Shown here: positions 36,756 through 46,987 of the stretch, in pieces
Layout: the number at the start of each line of letters is the position of its first letter
Position numbering within the stretch: the first letter of the stretch is position 1
Source: Parcubacteria group bacterium
GTDB lineage: Bacteria; Patescibacteriota; Minisyncoccia; Moranbacterales; GCA-2747515
Direction of reading: 5' to 3'
Assembly: GCA_041660065.1 (NCBI GenBank)
Contig: JBAZXC010000001.1
Span: 8,535-72,534, forward strand
Length of the DNA stretch: 64,000 bases
Made by a program: the position numbers and the translations under genes
The notes under the pieces: model-generated
The model's database searches: none
Told to the model about the DNA's origin: nothing
Seen by the model: only the letters and a program-made list of their open reading frames with translations

Positions 36756-38430
36756 TATGGTTGCGAACATTATTTATAAAAGAGTTCTCATTTGGTTGGT
36801 AGTAGCAATTCTTTTTTCTGTTATACAAATACAACACTCTCTCAATCGAGGGCAACTAAGTTTACCGCCCAGTTATGATGATGTTTCTTATTTTAACGAT
36901 GCCCTTGGTCGACTAAATATATTTTATGAGAAAGATTTTGGAGGTTTATTACTTGACTATGTGAAAAATCCACCCCATTCTCCTATAAGCACATTGTTAG
37001 CATTTGTTGGTTTTTTGATATTTGGAATACAGGATTGGGCGCCTGCCCTTATGAATTTTGTTGTTATTTTTGCAGTTTTGCTTTTTGTGGATTATTTGGG
37101 TACAGGATTGAATTATGGATGGAAAATTTTCGTTTCTTTATCAGGTCTTATATGGCTTCTCATGGGGCATGCGGTCATAGAATTCAGGCCAGATATATTT
37201 TGTGGAATAATAACAGCAATGGGTGTTATCTTGATCGCGGAAAAACCGTGGGTAAATATTTCTAATGTACGTCAAAAAATTATTGGTGCTCTGGTGGGAC
37301 TTGCTCTTCTTATCAAACCCGTTATTTTTCCCGTTACACTTTTATTGATTTTTGTAGCTATATGTTTGCGAATATTGACTGATAGATTTATTTTAAAAAT
37401 ACCAAGAGATCTAAAAAAACTATTATTAGATAGTAAAGTATTTGTGTTGTATGTCATATTTGTTTCAGCCCCCTATTTTATTTTTGGGTGGAAAGATACG
37501 ATTGAATACATATATCAAAATCAATTTGTCGACCTGGAAAAGGTGTGGGGAATGCATGCCCTTCCATTTATAGAGCGGATTAACTATTATGTGATGGGTG
37601 AGGGTGGTTCGATGATGATGAAAAACGATCTATACGTGTGGGTATGGCTCATTGTAGTTGCCTTCGTCATCATAGCTTACAAAAAAATGTGGAAAGAGAT
37701 GGTTCATTTGCCTGCTTTGGTGGGCACGATAACTGTTGCATATGCAATAGTAACTATTTCCAGTCATAAGAGTCCTTTTCTGGGAGTTGTTTTTCCTTGT
37801 TTTATTTTTTTTACAGGGATGCAAATGTTGATTTTTTCCATAAGAAACGTCGCTATTTTTAATGGTTTTTATAAAAAATGCTTGATAGTTTCCATCATAT
37901 TTTCTCTCTTGATCTCTTTGCGCTTTTTTGAGTGGCCGGCGTCCAATGATCTCGTTTCGCCAAATCCCAGATCAATTGCAGAAAGGAATTATTACAATGG
38001 ACTATTAGGTAGGATTTATGATGACATTACGGCTGATGTTCGTTTGCGTATACAAAATGATGATGAATCATCAAAAAAGAAAAAAAATAATAGTAAGAAG
38101 AAAATATATTTAAGCTCAATGGCTCATTGGGTACATGAGGGTAGTCTTAAATATTATCAATTCAAGTTGCGTGAAAAAAAATTCGTTATAGATACGGGAA
38201 CATTATCAGATGATCTGGATAAACAAATAAAAGATATAAACACTTCTGACTATATATTGGCCTTTGGTGTGCCTAGCTTGGACACGCCAAGTTGGCTTCC
38301 GAGTGCTAGAATAGAGGATCAAGTCTTGCGGTTTTTAAATGGTTCTCCAAAATTTGTGTTGGTCAATACATATACAAATCCCTATACAGGAGCAAAAATT
38401 TTCCTGTATGCTAATATTAATAATAATTAA
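36742..38430 (+). CDS. polytopic membrane protein (>=10 TM) with C-terminal soluble domain; possible GT-C-type transferase or glycan-related membrane protein
   Basis: 562 aa. Hydrophobic helices through ~aa 400, then a ~160-aa hydrophilic C-terminus. No definitive motif. Confidence 0.4.
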   Translation: MKKTNMVANIIYKRVLIWLVVAILFSVIQIQHSLNRGQLSLPPSYDDVSYFNDALGRLNIFYEKDFGGLLLDYVKNPPHSPISTLLAFVGFLIFGIQDWAPALMNFVVIFAVLLFVDYLGTGLNYGWKIFVSLSGLIWLLMGHAVIEFRPDIFCGIITAMGVILIAEKPWVNISNVRQKIIGALVGLALLIKPVIFPVTLLLIFVAICLRILTDRFILKIPRDLKKLLLDSKVFVLYVIFVSAPYFIFGWKDTIEYIYQNQFVDLEKVWGMHALPFIERINYYVMGEGGSMMMKNDLYVWVWLIVVAFVIIAYKKMWKEMVHLPALVGTITVAYAIVTISSHKSPFLGVVFPCFIFFTGMQMLIFSIRNVAIFNGFYKKCLIVSIIFSLLISLRFFEWPASNDLVSPNPRSIAERNYYNGLLGRIYDDITADVRLRIQNDDESSKKKKNNSKKKIYLSSMAHWVHEGSLKYYQFKLREKKFVIDTGTLSDDLDKQIKDINTSDYILAFGVPSLDTPSWLPSARIEDQVLRFLNGSPKFVLVNTYTNPYTGAKIFLYANINNN

Positions 38431-38435
38431 TAAAA

Positions 38436-39167
38436 ATGCAACTTTCTATCATCATCTGCACCTACAATGTCGGACAGCGTTTAAAAAAAACGTTGGATTC
38501 GATATTGGCGCAAGGGGAGGATTGTTATGAGGTGATAATCGTTGATGGAGTATCAACAGATGGAACGATAAATGTCATTGAGAGCTATCAGGATAAGTTT
38601 GGAAAAAAATTGCTCTGGAGCAGTGAAAAAGACAGTGGAATTTACAATGCTATAAACAAGGGTGTAAAATTAGCTAACGGAGAATATCTCAACATTATTG
38701 GCGCAGGGGATTGGATGGAAAAAGATGTGTTGAATAAAGTGTATAAACGCATTTTGCAAAACAATAACCCAGATGTTGTTTACGGAAAGACGAGAGTGTG
38801 GAACGCTGAAATGACGACTAGTTATGTAAAACAGACGTTGCCGGAGACCTTGTCAAAAGAACCGATGCAACATCCAGCCATGTTTTACAAAAGAGAATTG
38901 CATGAAAGATTTGGTTTGTATGATGAAAGATATAGGATCGCATCTGACTATGCTTTTTGCTTGAAATCTCTCTCTGTTGGAAAAGTTGCTGTAAAAATAG
39001 TACCGGAAATTTTTTGTAATTTTGTTACGGATGGCATCAGTTCAAAAAGCAGGTGGCTCTCTTTGAAAGAAGTAACAAAGATCAAACAGGAATGTGGGAT
39101 AGGGACAAATTTTTTGAAAGAAGTATTTTTATCGACAAGATTAGGGAAACGATTATGCCACAAATAA
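38436..39167 (+). CDS. glycosyltransferase, GT2 family
   Basis: LSIIICTYNVGQRLKKTLDSILAQGEDCYEVIIVDGVSTDGT. Confidence 0.8.
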   Translation: MQLSIIICTYNVGQRLKKTLDSILAQGEDCYEVIIVDGVSTDGTINVIESYQDKFGKKLLWSSEKDSGIYNAINKGVKLANGEYLNIIGAGDWMEKDVLNKVYKRILQNNNPDVVYGKTRVWNAEMTTSYVKQTLPETLSKEPMQHPAMFYKRELHERFGLYDERYRIASDYAFCLKSLSVGKVAVKIVPEIFCNFVTDGISSKSRWLSLKEVTKIKQECGIGTNFLKEVFLSTRLGKRLCHK

Positions 39168-40003
39168 GTGTTGTGATCCCATGTTATAATCATGGGAAAT
39201 ATTTAGAAGAAGCTGTAATTTCTGTTAAAAAACAGACTTTTAGCGATTATGAGATCATCGTGGTCAATGATGGATCGACAGATGAGGAGACGATAATGGC
39301 GTTGGATCAGTTAAAAGAAAAATATACAGACGTGTTGTTTATCGATCAAGAGAATGGTCATCTCGCCAATGCGAGAAACACGGGCATACGGGTTTCTCAG
39401 GGAGAATTCTTTCTTCCTTTGGATGCTGATGACAAAATTGATTCTCAGATGTTGGAAAGATGTCTCAGAGAAATACAGAAAGATAATAGATTGGGTTTTG
39501 TATATACATATACGCAATTTTTTGGTGATTTTACGGCAATTTTACCAAGGCCACAATATGACTTTTATGAACTGCTGAGGAAGAACTATATTGTGGCGAG
39601 TGCTTTGATTCGAAAGAGCGCTTGGCGAGAGATCGGCGGTTATGACGAAAATATGAAAAGTGGCTATGAGGATTGGGAATTCTATATTCGCCTGGCAAAA
39701 AATGGATGGTATGGAAAGCTAATCAGAAAGCCACTGTTTTATTATCGTAAACATGGCAAATCCATGATCAGTGATGCAACGATAAAAAATGATATGAATG
39801 CAGAATATATCCGGACAAAACATGCTGATATCTACGCTCCGGAAAAACTGCATGCTATAAAAATCGAATGGAAAAAGAAAAACCGTGATCGTTACTGGCA
39901 TGCCAGTTTTTATACGGAATCATTTTTGATGACCATTTTTATCTTCAAAAGATATGGCTTTGACGGATTGATGTCCAGAATAAAAAAATATCTTACTTTT
40001 TGA
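39155..40003 (+). CDS. glycosyltransferase, GT2 family
   Basis: [51 protein letters not shown] at 39155 overlaps the upstream gene by 13 nt. Confidence 0.8.
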   Translation: MPQISVVIPCYNHGKYLEEAVISVKKQTFSDYEIIVVNDGSTDEETIMALDQLKEKYTDVLFIDQENGHLANARNTGIRVSQGEFFLPLDADDKIDSQMLERCLREIQKDNRLGFVYTYTQFFGDFTAILPRPQYDFYELLRKNYIVASALIRKSAWREIGGYDENMKSGYEDWEFYIRLAKNGWYGKLIRKPLFYYRKHGKSMISDATIKNDMNAEYIRTKHADIYAPEKLHAIKIEWKKKNRDRYWHASFYTESFLMTIFIFKRYGFDGLMSRIKKYLTF

Positions 40004-40934
40004 TAGCGTTTTCTTGTTCCAAAAACCATTCATACGTTTTCCGAATGCCGTCTTTTAAGTCCGTCTCGTGTTTCCATCCGAGAGAATGAAGTCTGTCGAC
40101 ATTGAGAAGTTTTCGGGGGGTGCCATCCGGCTTGGATGTGTCGTGGATGATATTGCCGGTATAACCAATGATCTCTTTGATCGTAAGAGCGAGTTCTTTG
40201 ATCGTGACATCTTCTCCGGTACCGATGTTGATGATCGCACTGTCAGAATACGTGTTCATTAGAAAAACGCAGGCATCAGCCAGATCATCGACAAATAAAA
40301 ATTCACGCATGGGAAATCCTGTGCCCCACATAATGACTTCCGGATCATTTTTTATTTTTGCATCATGAAATTTGCGCAAGAGAGCGGGGAGGACGTGGGA
40401 GTTTTCTAGATTGAAGTTGTCATTGATGCCATAGAGATTTGTCGGCATGACGGAGATAAAATTTGTTTCGTATTGCGCGTTATATGATTGGCACATTTTG
40501 ATACCTGCGATCTTTGCGACTGCATATGCCTCATTGGTTTTTTCCAATGATCCGGTTAGGAGATATTCTTCTTTGATCGGCTGGGGGCAATTACGCGGAT
40601 AAATACAAGAGCTCCCGAGGAAGAGGAGTTTTTTTGTTTTGTGCAAATATGCGTTATGAATGATATTATTCTGTATCTGGAGATTTTGATAGATAAAATC
40701 GGCAGGGTAGGTTTCATTGGCATGGATGCCACCAACCTTTGCAGCGGCTAAGAACACATAGTCTGGTTTTTCATTTTCAAAAAAATCAAACACATCTCGT
40801 TCATTGAGGAGGTTAAGTTCTTGTCGCGTTTTTGCGATCAAATTTGCGTAGCCTTTTTTTGTGAGGTTTCTAACAAGGGCAGATCCAACAAGTCCATTAT
40901 GCCCAGCGATATAAATTTTTGCATTTCTTTCCAT
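39993..40934 (-). CDS. fcl: GDP-L-fucose synthase (GDP-4-keto-6-deoxymannose 3,5-epimerase/4-reductase)
   Basis: [38 protein letters not shown] (YxxxK). The listed ORF extends to 40976; Met at 40934 avoids overlap with gmd. Confidence 0.85.
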   Translation of the reverse strand: MERNAKIYIAGHNGLVGSALVRNLTKKGYANLIAKTRQELNLLNERDVFDFFENEKPDYVFLAAAKVGGIHANETYPADFIYQNLQIQNNIIHNAYLHKTKKLLFLGSSCIYPRNCPQPIKEEYLLTGSLEKTNEAYAVAKIAGIKMCQSYNAQYETNFISVMPTNLYGINDNFNLENSHVLPALLRKFHDAKIKNDPEVIMWGTGFPMREFLFVDDLADACVFLMNTYSDSAIINIGTGEDVTIKELALTIKEIIGYTGNIIHDTSKPDGTPRKLLNVDRLHSLGWKHETDLKDGIRKTYEWFLEQENAIKK

Positions 40935-40944
40935 GAGTTTGCTT

Positions 40945-41982
40945 TTATTTTGTAGCTGTTTCCTTTTTGAGATCAAACTCCATCATGACCTTTACCAATT
41001 CTTTGAATTTGGTTTTGGGTTTCCATTTAAGAAGTCCTGCTGCCTTGGATGGATCACCAAGAAGTAGATCGACTTCGGACGGTCGATAGTAGCGCGGATC
41101 TATGCGAATGATCACCTTTTTGGTTTTTTTATTGATGCCAACTTCTTTTGCACCTTTGCCTTTCCACCGGAAGTCTATACCGGCAATTGCACATGCCAAT
41201 TCCACAAATTCACGTACGGAATGTGTTTCACCGGTTGCCAGTACGAAGTCCTCGGCTTTTTTTTGCTGGAGCATGCGCCACATACCCTCTACATAGTCTT
41301 TGGCATAACCCCAATCGCGTTTTGCATCGAGATTGCCGAGGTAGAGGCAATCATCTTTACCGGTCAAGATCCTCGCAAGCCCACGTGTGATCTTTCGTGT
41401 GACGAATGTTTCACCACGTCGCGGGGATTCATGATTGAAGAGGATGCCATTGCATGCAAAAATATTATAACTTTCGCGATAGTTGACCGTGATCCAATAA
41501 GAATACAATTTCGCACAGCCATAGGGAGACCTGGGATGAAAAGGCGTCGTTTCTTTTTGGGGTGTTTCTCGTACAAGTCCGAAAAGCTCACTGGTAGATG
41601 CCTGATAAAATTTTGTTTTAAATCCGGAGTCTTTGATCGCATCAAGTATGCGGAGAGTGCCAAGGCCGGTTACATCAGCGGTATATTCAGGGTTATCAAA
41701 ACTGACCTTTACATGGCTTTGGGCTGCGAGATTATAGATCTCATCCGGTTTGATCTTCTCTATAAGGCGAGAGATGCTGGAGCTATCAGAGAGATCGCCA
41801 TAATGGAGAAACAACTTCACATTATTGATATGAGGATCTTTGTAAAGGTGATCAATACGTCCCGTATTAAAGGAACTTGATCGGCGGATGATCCCATGTA
41901 CTTCATAGCCCTTTTCCAGAAGCAATTCTGCCAAATACGAACCATCCTGACCGGTAATGCCAGTGATCAATGCTTTTTTCAC
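40945..41982 (-). CDS. gmd: GDP-mannose 4,6-dehydratase
   Basis: [46 protein letters not shown] and the downstream SDR-extended motifs. Confidence 0.9.
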   Translation of the reverse strand: MKKALITGITGQDGSYLAELLLEKGYEVHGIIRRSSSFNTGRIDHLYKDPHINNVKLFLHYGDLSDSSSISRLIEKIKPDEIYNLAAQSHVKVSFDNPEYTADVTGLGTLRILDAIKDSGFKTKFYQASTSELFGLVRETPQKETTPFHPRSPYGCAKLYSYWITVNYRESYNIFACNGILFNHESPRRGETFVTRKITRGLARILTGKDDCLYLGNLDAKRDWGYAKDYVEGMWRMLQQKKAEDFVLATGETHSVREFVELACAIAGIDFRWKGKGAKEVGINKKTKKVIIRIDPRYYRPSEVDLLLGDPSKAAGLLKWKPKTKFKELVKVMMEFDLKKETATK

Positions 41983-42122
41983 TTTTTTAATTTAGGCTAG
42001 TTAATAAAAATGCTCTTAGTATTATAGCGTATGCTATATAAATAACAAGAAAACGAAAGAGCTGTAGTTAAGGAGGTGTTCAAAATTTGCAGTATTTTCC
42101 ATTTACAAAAAATGATGATGTG

Positions 42123-42647
42123 TTACATTCCTTCCAAAATATCTTCCTGAATGCGACTTTTGCATGTTTTTTTGACGTTGGTGTCGGAAATACTATCGCA
42201 AATTGAGATGTCTTTTTTACTGATGGCTTGATCCTTTAGACAGTAATCCTTTGTCAGATCTTTGAGAGAATTGCAGTCGGAGCTGTCGGAAATTGTGTCA
42301 TCGGATAGGCCACAAACGTTCTGGCAATATTTCAATTCTTTCTCATCATACTGATATGGTTCACATTCTCGCTCACAATCAAGCGGTGTGACGTGAATGT
42401 ATATATTAGCATTTTCTTCTGTGGCGGAGTTTGTAATCTCTTCTGAATTTTCCTCATCGGATGGATTTCCGACGATGTTTTCCTGCTGGGTGTTGGTATC
42501 TTCTTCTATGGTGGATTTTTGAGCATCTTGTGCTGAGGGATCTCCATTTTTTATGAGATCACTTTCACGTTTTGTGAAAATGGTATAGGAAAAGTAGCCA
42601 ACAATAATAAAGAGAATAATGAATGCTATTAGGAGATATTTTTTCAT
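42123..42647 (-). CDS. membrane-anchored/secreted hypothetical protein with acidic middle region and Cys-rich C-terminus
   Basis: N-terminal TM LLIAFIILFIIVGYF. Eight Cys in the last 70 aa. Confidence 0.4.
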   Translation of the reverse strand: MKKYLLIAFIILFIIVGYFSYTIFTKRESDLIKNGDPSAQDAQKSTIEEDTNTQQENIVGNPSDEENSEEITNSATEENANIYIHVTPLDCERECEPYQYDEKELKYCQNVCGLSDDTISDSSDCNSLKDLTKDYCLKDQAISKKDISICDSISDTNVKKTCKSRIQEDILEGM

Positions 42648-42651
42648 AAAA

Positions 42652-42755
42652 CAAATTAACGAGTTAAATAGTTAACGGATTAACGAACTGATGACGGAAT
42701 TTTTACAATAATTCTTTAACGCGTGAACTCGCTAATTCGTTAATTGTGTTTAATA
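42652..42755. promoter_or_regulatory. TTAACGA-type box array between convergent and divergent minus-strand genes
   Basis: CGAGTTAAATAGTTAACGGATTAACGAACTG...TTAACGCGTGAACTCGCTAATTCGTTAATTG. Confidence 0.4.
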
Positions 42756-44675
42756 TAGTGGGTTTAATGAAATTCCCGTGTAATAATATTTCATGATCTT
42801 GTCGTATTTCCAGTCTTTGTCACGAGCGAGAACGAGCGATCCATTGGCGATGAGTCCAACCATGTGATTGCCTTCAGATTCGAGTGTTTTTGTGGATTTG
42901 TTGGGGTGTTTGCCATAAGGGTCATCCACGGATTTGCACCATGGGTAATCGGATGATCTCCAGCGTTCTTTGTAGCTACGTGTATGACCATCGCTCCATG
43001 AGCTATATGGTGTGAGAGCGATCTCATTTTTGTATTTTGCGATGACTCCACGTGTAGCTTCAGCTGCTTTTTTGATGTTGGGATATTTCTTTTCCCATTC
43101 ATATCCTCGATAGATCTGCGAGCCGGAATCGCTACGGATCTTGAATCCAAGTGGTGCATATTTGGTCGCGTATTCGATATACCATCGGCCATATGTGCGG
43201 AAGATCGTGGTCATGACTTTGGTGTGATCCATATCACCTGTGCCAGTCGTTTCACCCATGCCCCATGTGTATTGCTCAAGTGGGAGAGTATTGATCACCC
43301 AGATCTGCGTGACAGTGCTCGAGGTGCCGGCGATGATGTTTTTGCCTTTGTAATAGCGTACGGTGATCTTGCCACGATATTCATCATAGGATGAATCCGG
43401 TCGGTGTACATTGAAAATAAGAGAAGCGTTGTCGTTATCAGCTGCATCAAATGTAACTGCAGTCTTTATTTTTTTGGAGGAGATAGAGCCATATACTTTG
43501 AGATAACCATCGCTGTCATAGGTAACTTTGGTGTGTGTGTTGCCACCAATCTGCGCTAACACATTGCCATCCTTGTCTTTGATGTTATAGGGTTTATTCG
43601 TTTCAATCTCAAATGGATCGTTTTGAATTCCAGATTTGTCATAATACCAGAGACCGACAGCGATATTTGGTCCCATACCGGAAGAGAGGAGATTATTTTT
43701 TTCTATCTCGTTAATAGTATAAATTTGATCGGTTCCATTATAAAAGTAGTAGACTGGCAAAGTATTTTCCGCTTGAGAAGGATATGCATAAAATGCGATG
43801 CCTTCATACACGTTTGTATTTGATTTTGTTAGTTCATTCTTCTTCTCCTCGTCAGCTGTATAAAAATGATCTCTTGTCTTTTTGTCATAAAAGCGGTAAA
43901 TGGGAATCAGGTCGTCTGCTTGTGCAGGGTAGGTATAAAACGCGACTCCCTCGTATTTGTAAGTTGTTTTTGGCGTGGCGATGATGGTATTTTTTTCTTT
44001 TTCACTTGCAGTGTAGAGGTGGTCGCCGGTAATTCTGTCATAAAATCTATAGACAGGGCTGGAATTTTTTTTAGAGAGGTTGTTTAATTTTGCGGCCTCG
44101 AGCTCATCGGCCGTATAAAGGTGATCTCCGTTAGTCTTATTATAGAAACGATAAATATCCGATGTATCTGTTTTTTTTGTAGTGTATGCATAGAATGCGA
44201 TTTTTTCGTAAGAATAGACTGATGCGAGATTTTTTTGCACGTTGGCCTTTTCTTTTTCATTTGCTGTGTAAAAGTGATCGCCATTTATTTTGTTATAAAA
44301 TTGATAAACGGGTTGTGAATCGTTAAGTGTTTTTGTATACGCGTAAAATGCTATACCATCATAGGTATACGGGGAATTGGTTTGGTTTATCAAACTGTCT
44401 TTTTGTTTTTCATCGGCTGTATAAAAATGATCGCCGGTGGTTATGTTGTGAATACGATAAATAGGAACAGTATCCTCTTGTTGTGTTGTAAATGCATAAA
44501 ACCCTGTTCCTTCCGGTTGATAGTCCGTTGCGGTGTAGCGATCTTTATACGCGTAGAATGATGTTTTTTCAAGGTTATAACCGGCGTGAGCTGTGGTTAC
44601 ATTTCCCAAAAAACAGACAGTGATGCCCAAGAGAACAAGAAAAAACGATAATATGTGATGATATTTTATTTGCAT
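42750..44675 (-). CDS. secreted SpoIID/LytB-domain protein with ~8 N-terminal FYT-type tandem repeats (DUF5648-like)
   Basis: Repeats of PVY(R/Q)FYN..(T/N)GDHFYT..E.EK. C-terminal LEQYTWGMGE, IYRGYEWEKKYPNIKKAAEATRGVI, SSWSDGHTRS, GNHMVGLIANGSLVLARDKDWKYDKIMKYYYTG (SpoIID family). Confidence 0.65.
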   Translation of the reverse strand: MQIKYHHILSFFLVLLGITVCFLGNVTTAHAGYNLEKTSFYAYKDRYTATDYQPEGTGFYAFTTQQEDTVPIYRIHNITTGDHFYTADEKQKDSLINQTNSPYTYDGIAFYAYTKTLNDSQPVYQFYNKINGDHFYTANEKEKANVQKNLASVYSYEKIAFYAYTTKKTDTSDIYRFYNKTNGDHLYTADELEAAKLNNLSKKNSSPVYRFYDRITGDHLYTASEKEKNTIIATPKTTYKYEGVAFYTYPAQADDLIPIYRFYDKKTRDHFYTADEEKKNELTKSNTNVYEGIAFYAYPSQAENTLPVYYFYNGTDQIYTINEIEKNNLLSSGMGPNIAVGLWYYDKSGIQNDPFEIETNKPYNIKDKDGNVLAQIGGNTHTKVTYDSDGYLKVYGSISSKKIKTAVTFDAADNDNASLIFNVHRPDSSYDEYRGKITVRYYKGKNIIAGTSSTVTQIWVINTLPLEQYTWGMGETTGTGDMDHTKVMTTIFRTYGRWYIEYATKYAPLGFKIRSDSGSQIYRGYEWEKKYPNIKKAAEATRGVIAKYKNEIALTPYSSWSDGHTRSYKERWRSSDYPWCKSVDDPYGKHPNKSTKTLESEGNHMVGLIANGSLVLARDKDWKYDKIMKYYYTGISLNPLY

Positions 44676-44740
44676 ATATATTTTTATTTACGTGCCACCA
44701 TTATATCACGGGATATATGGGAAATCAATGAAAAATATTC

Positions 44741-44830
44741 ACGAGTTAAAGGGTTAACGAATTTTAGAGAATTAAAGTGTTCACGGAGTGCAGTTCGTTA
44801 ACTCGTTAATTCCTTAACTCTTTAATTGTT
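44741..44830. promoter_or_regulatory. TTAACGA-type box array with inverted copies (ACGAGTTAA ... TTAACTCGT)
   Basis: Lies between the galE stop and the SpoIID-gene start on the minus strand. Confidence 0.4.
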
Positions 44831-45827
44831 TCTGCCACTCCCAGGCGTCTCGCATAGCGTCGGCAACGGTTTTTTGTGCCACCCAACCAATTTTAGAATT
44901 GATCTTTGTGACATCTGCCCAGCATGCGGAAATATCACCTTTGCGGCGCGGTCCGATCGTGTAGTTGATTTTGAGATCATTTATATCTTCAAATGTTTTA
45001 ATCAGTTCCATGACGCTGGTACCTGTGCCTGTACCGACATTGAATATGTCAAAGTATGGGGTGGTTTGTGTCATGAGATAGGCGAGTGTGGCAACGTGCG
45101 CTTCTGCCAAGTCGGTGACATGGATGAAGTCACGGATGCATGTGCCGTCCGGTGTATCATAATCATCGCCAAAAACCGTGAGAGATTCGCGGATGCCGGC
45201 AGCTGTCTGTGTGATATAGGGAACAAGGTTGTTTGGGATGCCACTGGGCAATTCACCAATCAGATGGGAGGAGTGTGCACCGATGGGGTTGAAATAACGC
45301 AAGGGTATAGCTGAGATCTGCGCACCACTCCTGACGAGATCCTGCAAAATGTCTTCGGCGATGAGCTTGGTATTGCCATACGGGCAGGTTGCTTTTTTCC
45401 GCGGAGAATTTTCTGTAAGTGGGCAGTTATCTGGTTCGCCATAGACTGTTGCAGATGAGGAAAAGACGATGTTTTTTACGTTGTGTTTTTGCATGACCGT
45501 GAGCACAGTGAGAAGGGAATTGATGTTATTGTGATAATACATGAGCGGTTTGGCGATCGATTCGCCGACTGCTTTGTGTGCGGCAAAATGGATCACACCG
45601 CCGATGCCACGTTCTTTGAGGAAGACGGAATTGACGAATTGCGGGTTGTTGCAATTCCCTTCATAGAGACGGATCTTTTTTTCTGTGATTTGTTCAATGC
45701 GATCGATGATCCATTTCTCTGCGTTGGAGAAATTATCAATTATGACGGGCGTGTAACCGGCATCGATCAGTGCGACAGTTGTGTGTGATCCGATAAATCC
45801 GGCACCGCCGGTGATGAGAATTTTCAT
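44814..45827 (-). CDS. galE: UDP-glucose 4-epimerase
   Basis: MKILITGGAGFIGSHTTVALIDAGYTPVIIDNFSN, YGNTKLIAE (YxxxK). 337 aa. Confidence 0.85.
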   Translation of the reverse strand: MKILITGGAGFIGSHTTVALIDAGYTPVIIDNFSNAEKWIIDRIEQITEKKIRLYEGNCNNPQFVNSVFLKERGIGGVIHFAAHKAVGESIAKPLMYYHNNINSLLTVLTVMQKHNVKNIVFSSSATVYGEPDNCPLTENSPRKKATCPYGNTKLIAEDILQDLVRSGAQISAIPLRYFNPIGAHSSHLIGELPSGIPNNLVPYITQTAAGIRESLTVFGDDYDTPDGTCIRDFIHVTDLAEAHVATLAYLMTQTTPYFDIFNVGTGTGTSVMELIKTFEDINDLKINYTIGPRRKGDISACWADVTKINSKIGWVAQKTVADAMRDAWEWQKQLKS

Positions 45828-45832
45828 GAGAA

Positions 45833-45886
45833 CAATTAAAGAATTAACGAGTTAATGAGTTAACGGATTAACGAATTATTTTTTGA
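45833..45886. promoter_or_regulatory. TTAACGA-type box array (AATTAAAGAATTAACGAGTTAATGAGTTAACGGATTAACGAATT) upstream of galE
   Basis: About 10-11-bp periodicity of the box. Confidence 0.4.
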
Positions 45887-46265
45887 GAAATTCTTTATTT
45901 TCTTTTTTCTTTTGTAAATACACTATGAATCCACCAACTTGTTTTGCGAGATTTTCTAATTTCGCATTCAAAATATCAAATTGTTCTTGCGTAATATATT
46001 TTATGATTAGCGCAATATATAATTAATCTCTTACTTCTCCTAGAGATCCCTTTGATATTTTTAGAAATCTGACAAATTCATTATTATTGTTTTTTTCAAA
46101 ACCTTCAACAATATTTGAACTAATTGATACAATCGCTCGCCTGATCTGATCTTGTAACCCACGATCTTTTACAAAAAATCCTCTTGCCGTAGTTTCATAG
46201 ATTTCTTTTGTGAGCGTCAAACTTTCTTTCCAAATATTTAATTCTTCGAATTTATTGATTTTCAT
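45876..46265 (-). pseudogene. four-helix-bundle protein (TIGR02436-like, '23S rRNA intervening sequence protein' family) interrupted by an in-frame TAA
   Basis: ORF 46023..46265 ends ...SKGSLGEVRD*. Reading through the TAA at 46023-46025 continues LYIALIIKYITQEQFDILNAKLENLAKQVGGFIVYLQKKKENKEFLKK, the expected family C-terminus. Confidence 0.55.
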
Positions 46266-46275
46266 ACAAAATTTT

Positions 46276-46312
46276 TAACTCATTAATTCTTTAACTCGTT
46301 AATTTTTGTGAT
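46276..46312. promoter_or_regulatory. TTAACGA-type boxes upstream of the four-helix-bundle gene
   Basis: AACTCATTAATTCTTTAACTCGTTAATT. Confidence 0.35.
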
Positions 46313-46987
46313 TATCCCATATTCCTCAGCTCTTTCCGGGTGGCAGAGGAGTTCGGTTTTGGTTGTGCGGAGAATTGTCGGGAGATCTTTTGGGGTGATC
46401 CAATCCAAGCTGGTCATATATCGCGTGGTGGAGAGTGTGGGAAAAGAGCGTAATATTCTTTTGTTGCATATATGCAAGATGGACAAGATCATGCTGATCA
46501 GTGATGTGCGTGGCGCGGGTCCGTGTGTGCCGCATCGAACAAAAGGGATGTGGTGTTTTTGCGCCAACATACATGATATACGGAAATATGGTGGGAAGAG
46601 GTGCGTGTGTTCATGGGAACTGATCCCGTTCGGTATTGTGCCGAATTTTTCGTGAAACAGTGTAATTTGTGACTCCCATTCTTTTGCGATCTTTTGCGGG
46701 GAGATGTGTCCGCACAAAAGATGAAAAAGGAAACGGTATCCGCGACGCATGGTTTTATCGTGGAGCTTCAACGTGTAATGTAGTGAGGGGATGTCGAGGT
46801 GAATGTCGATTTTAATATTGGCGTTTTTGAGAAGGACGATTTCTTCTGGAGAAATTGTACCTCGGATCATTACGCCAACACGGTCAACTTTGTGTTGTGC
46901 AACAAGGGTGAGAATTGCACTGTTGGCAGCGGGACTTGCACCGAGATCATCCGCTGTGATCAGTGATGCCTTTGTGAGAGGTGTCAT
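46283..46987 (-). CDS. YdjC-like (ChbG/HpnK family) carbohydrate deacetylase
   Basis: LITADDLGASPAANSAIL and SSHEHTHLFPPYF resemble YdjC ADDFG and HxH motifs. Confidence 0.5.
   Translation of the reverse strand: MTPLTKASLITADDLGASPAANSAILTLVAQHKVDRVGVMIRGTISPEEIVLLKNANIKIDIHLDIPSLHYTLKLHDKTMRRGYRFLFHLLCGHISPQKIAKEWESQITLFHEKFGTIPNGISSHEHTHLFPPYFRISCMLAQKHHIPFVRCGTHGPAPRTSLISMILSILHICNKRILRSFPTLSTTRYMTSLDWITPKDLPTILRTTKTELLCHPERAEEYGIITKINELKN

Noticed and set aside
40945-40976. fcl start at 40976 (listed ORF start) overlapping gmd by 32 nt
   Set aside because: The canonical Fcl N-terminus ([14 protein letters not shown]) begins right after the Met at 40934, which leaves a 10-nt gap to the gmd stop. 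The longer extension is likely non-coding.
45876-46265. Four-helix-bundle gene as a marker of a 23S rRNA intervening sequence
   Set aside because: No rRNA-like sequence flanks it. The gene sits between galE and a YdjC-like gene, so it is a standalone family member.
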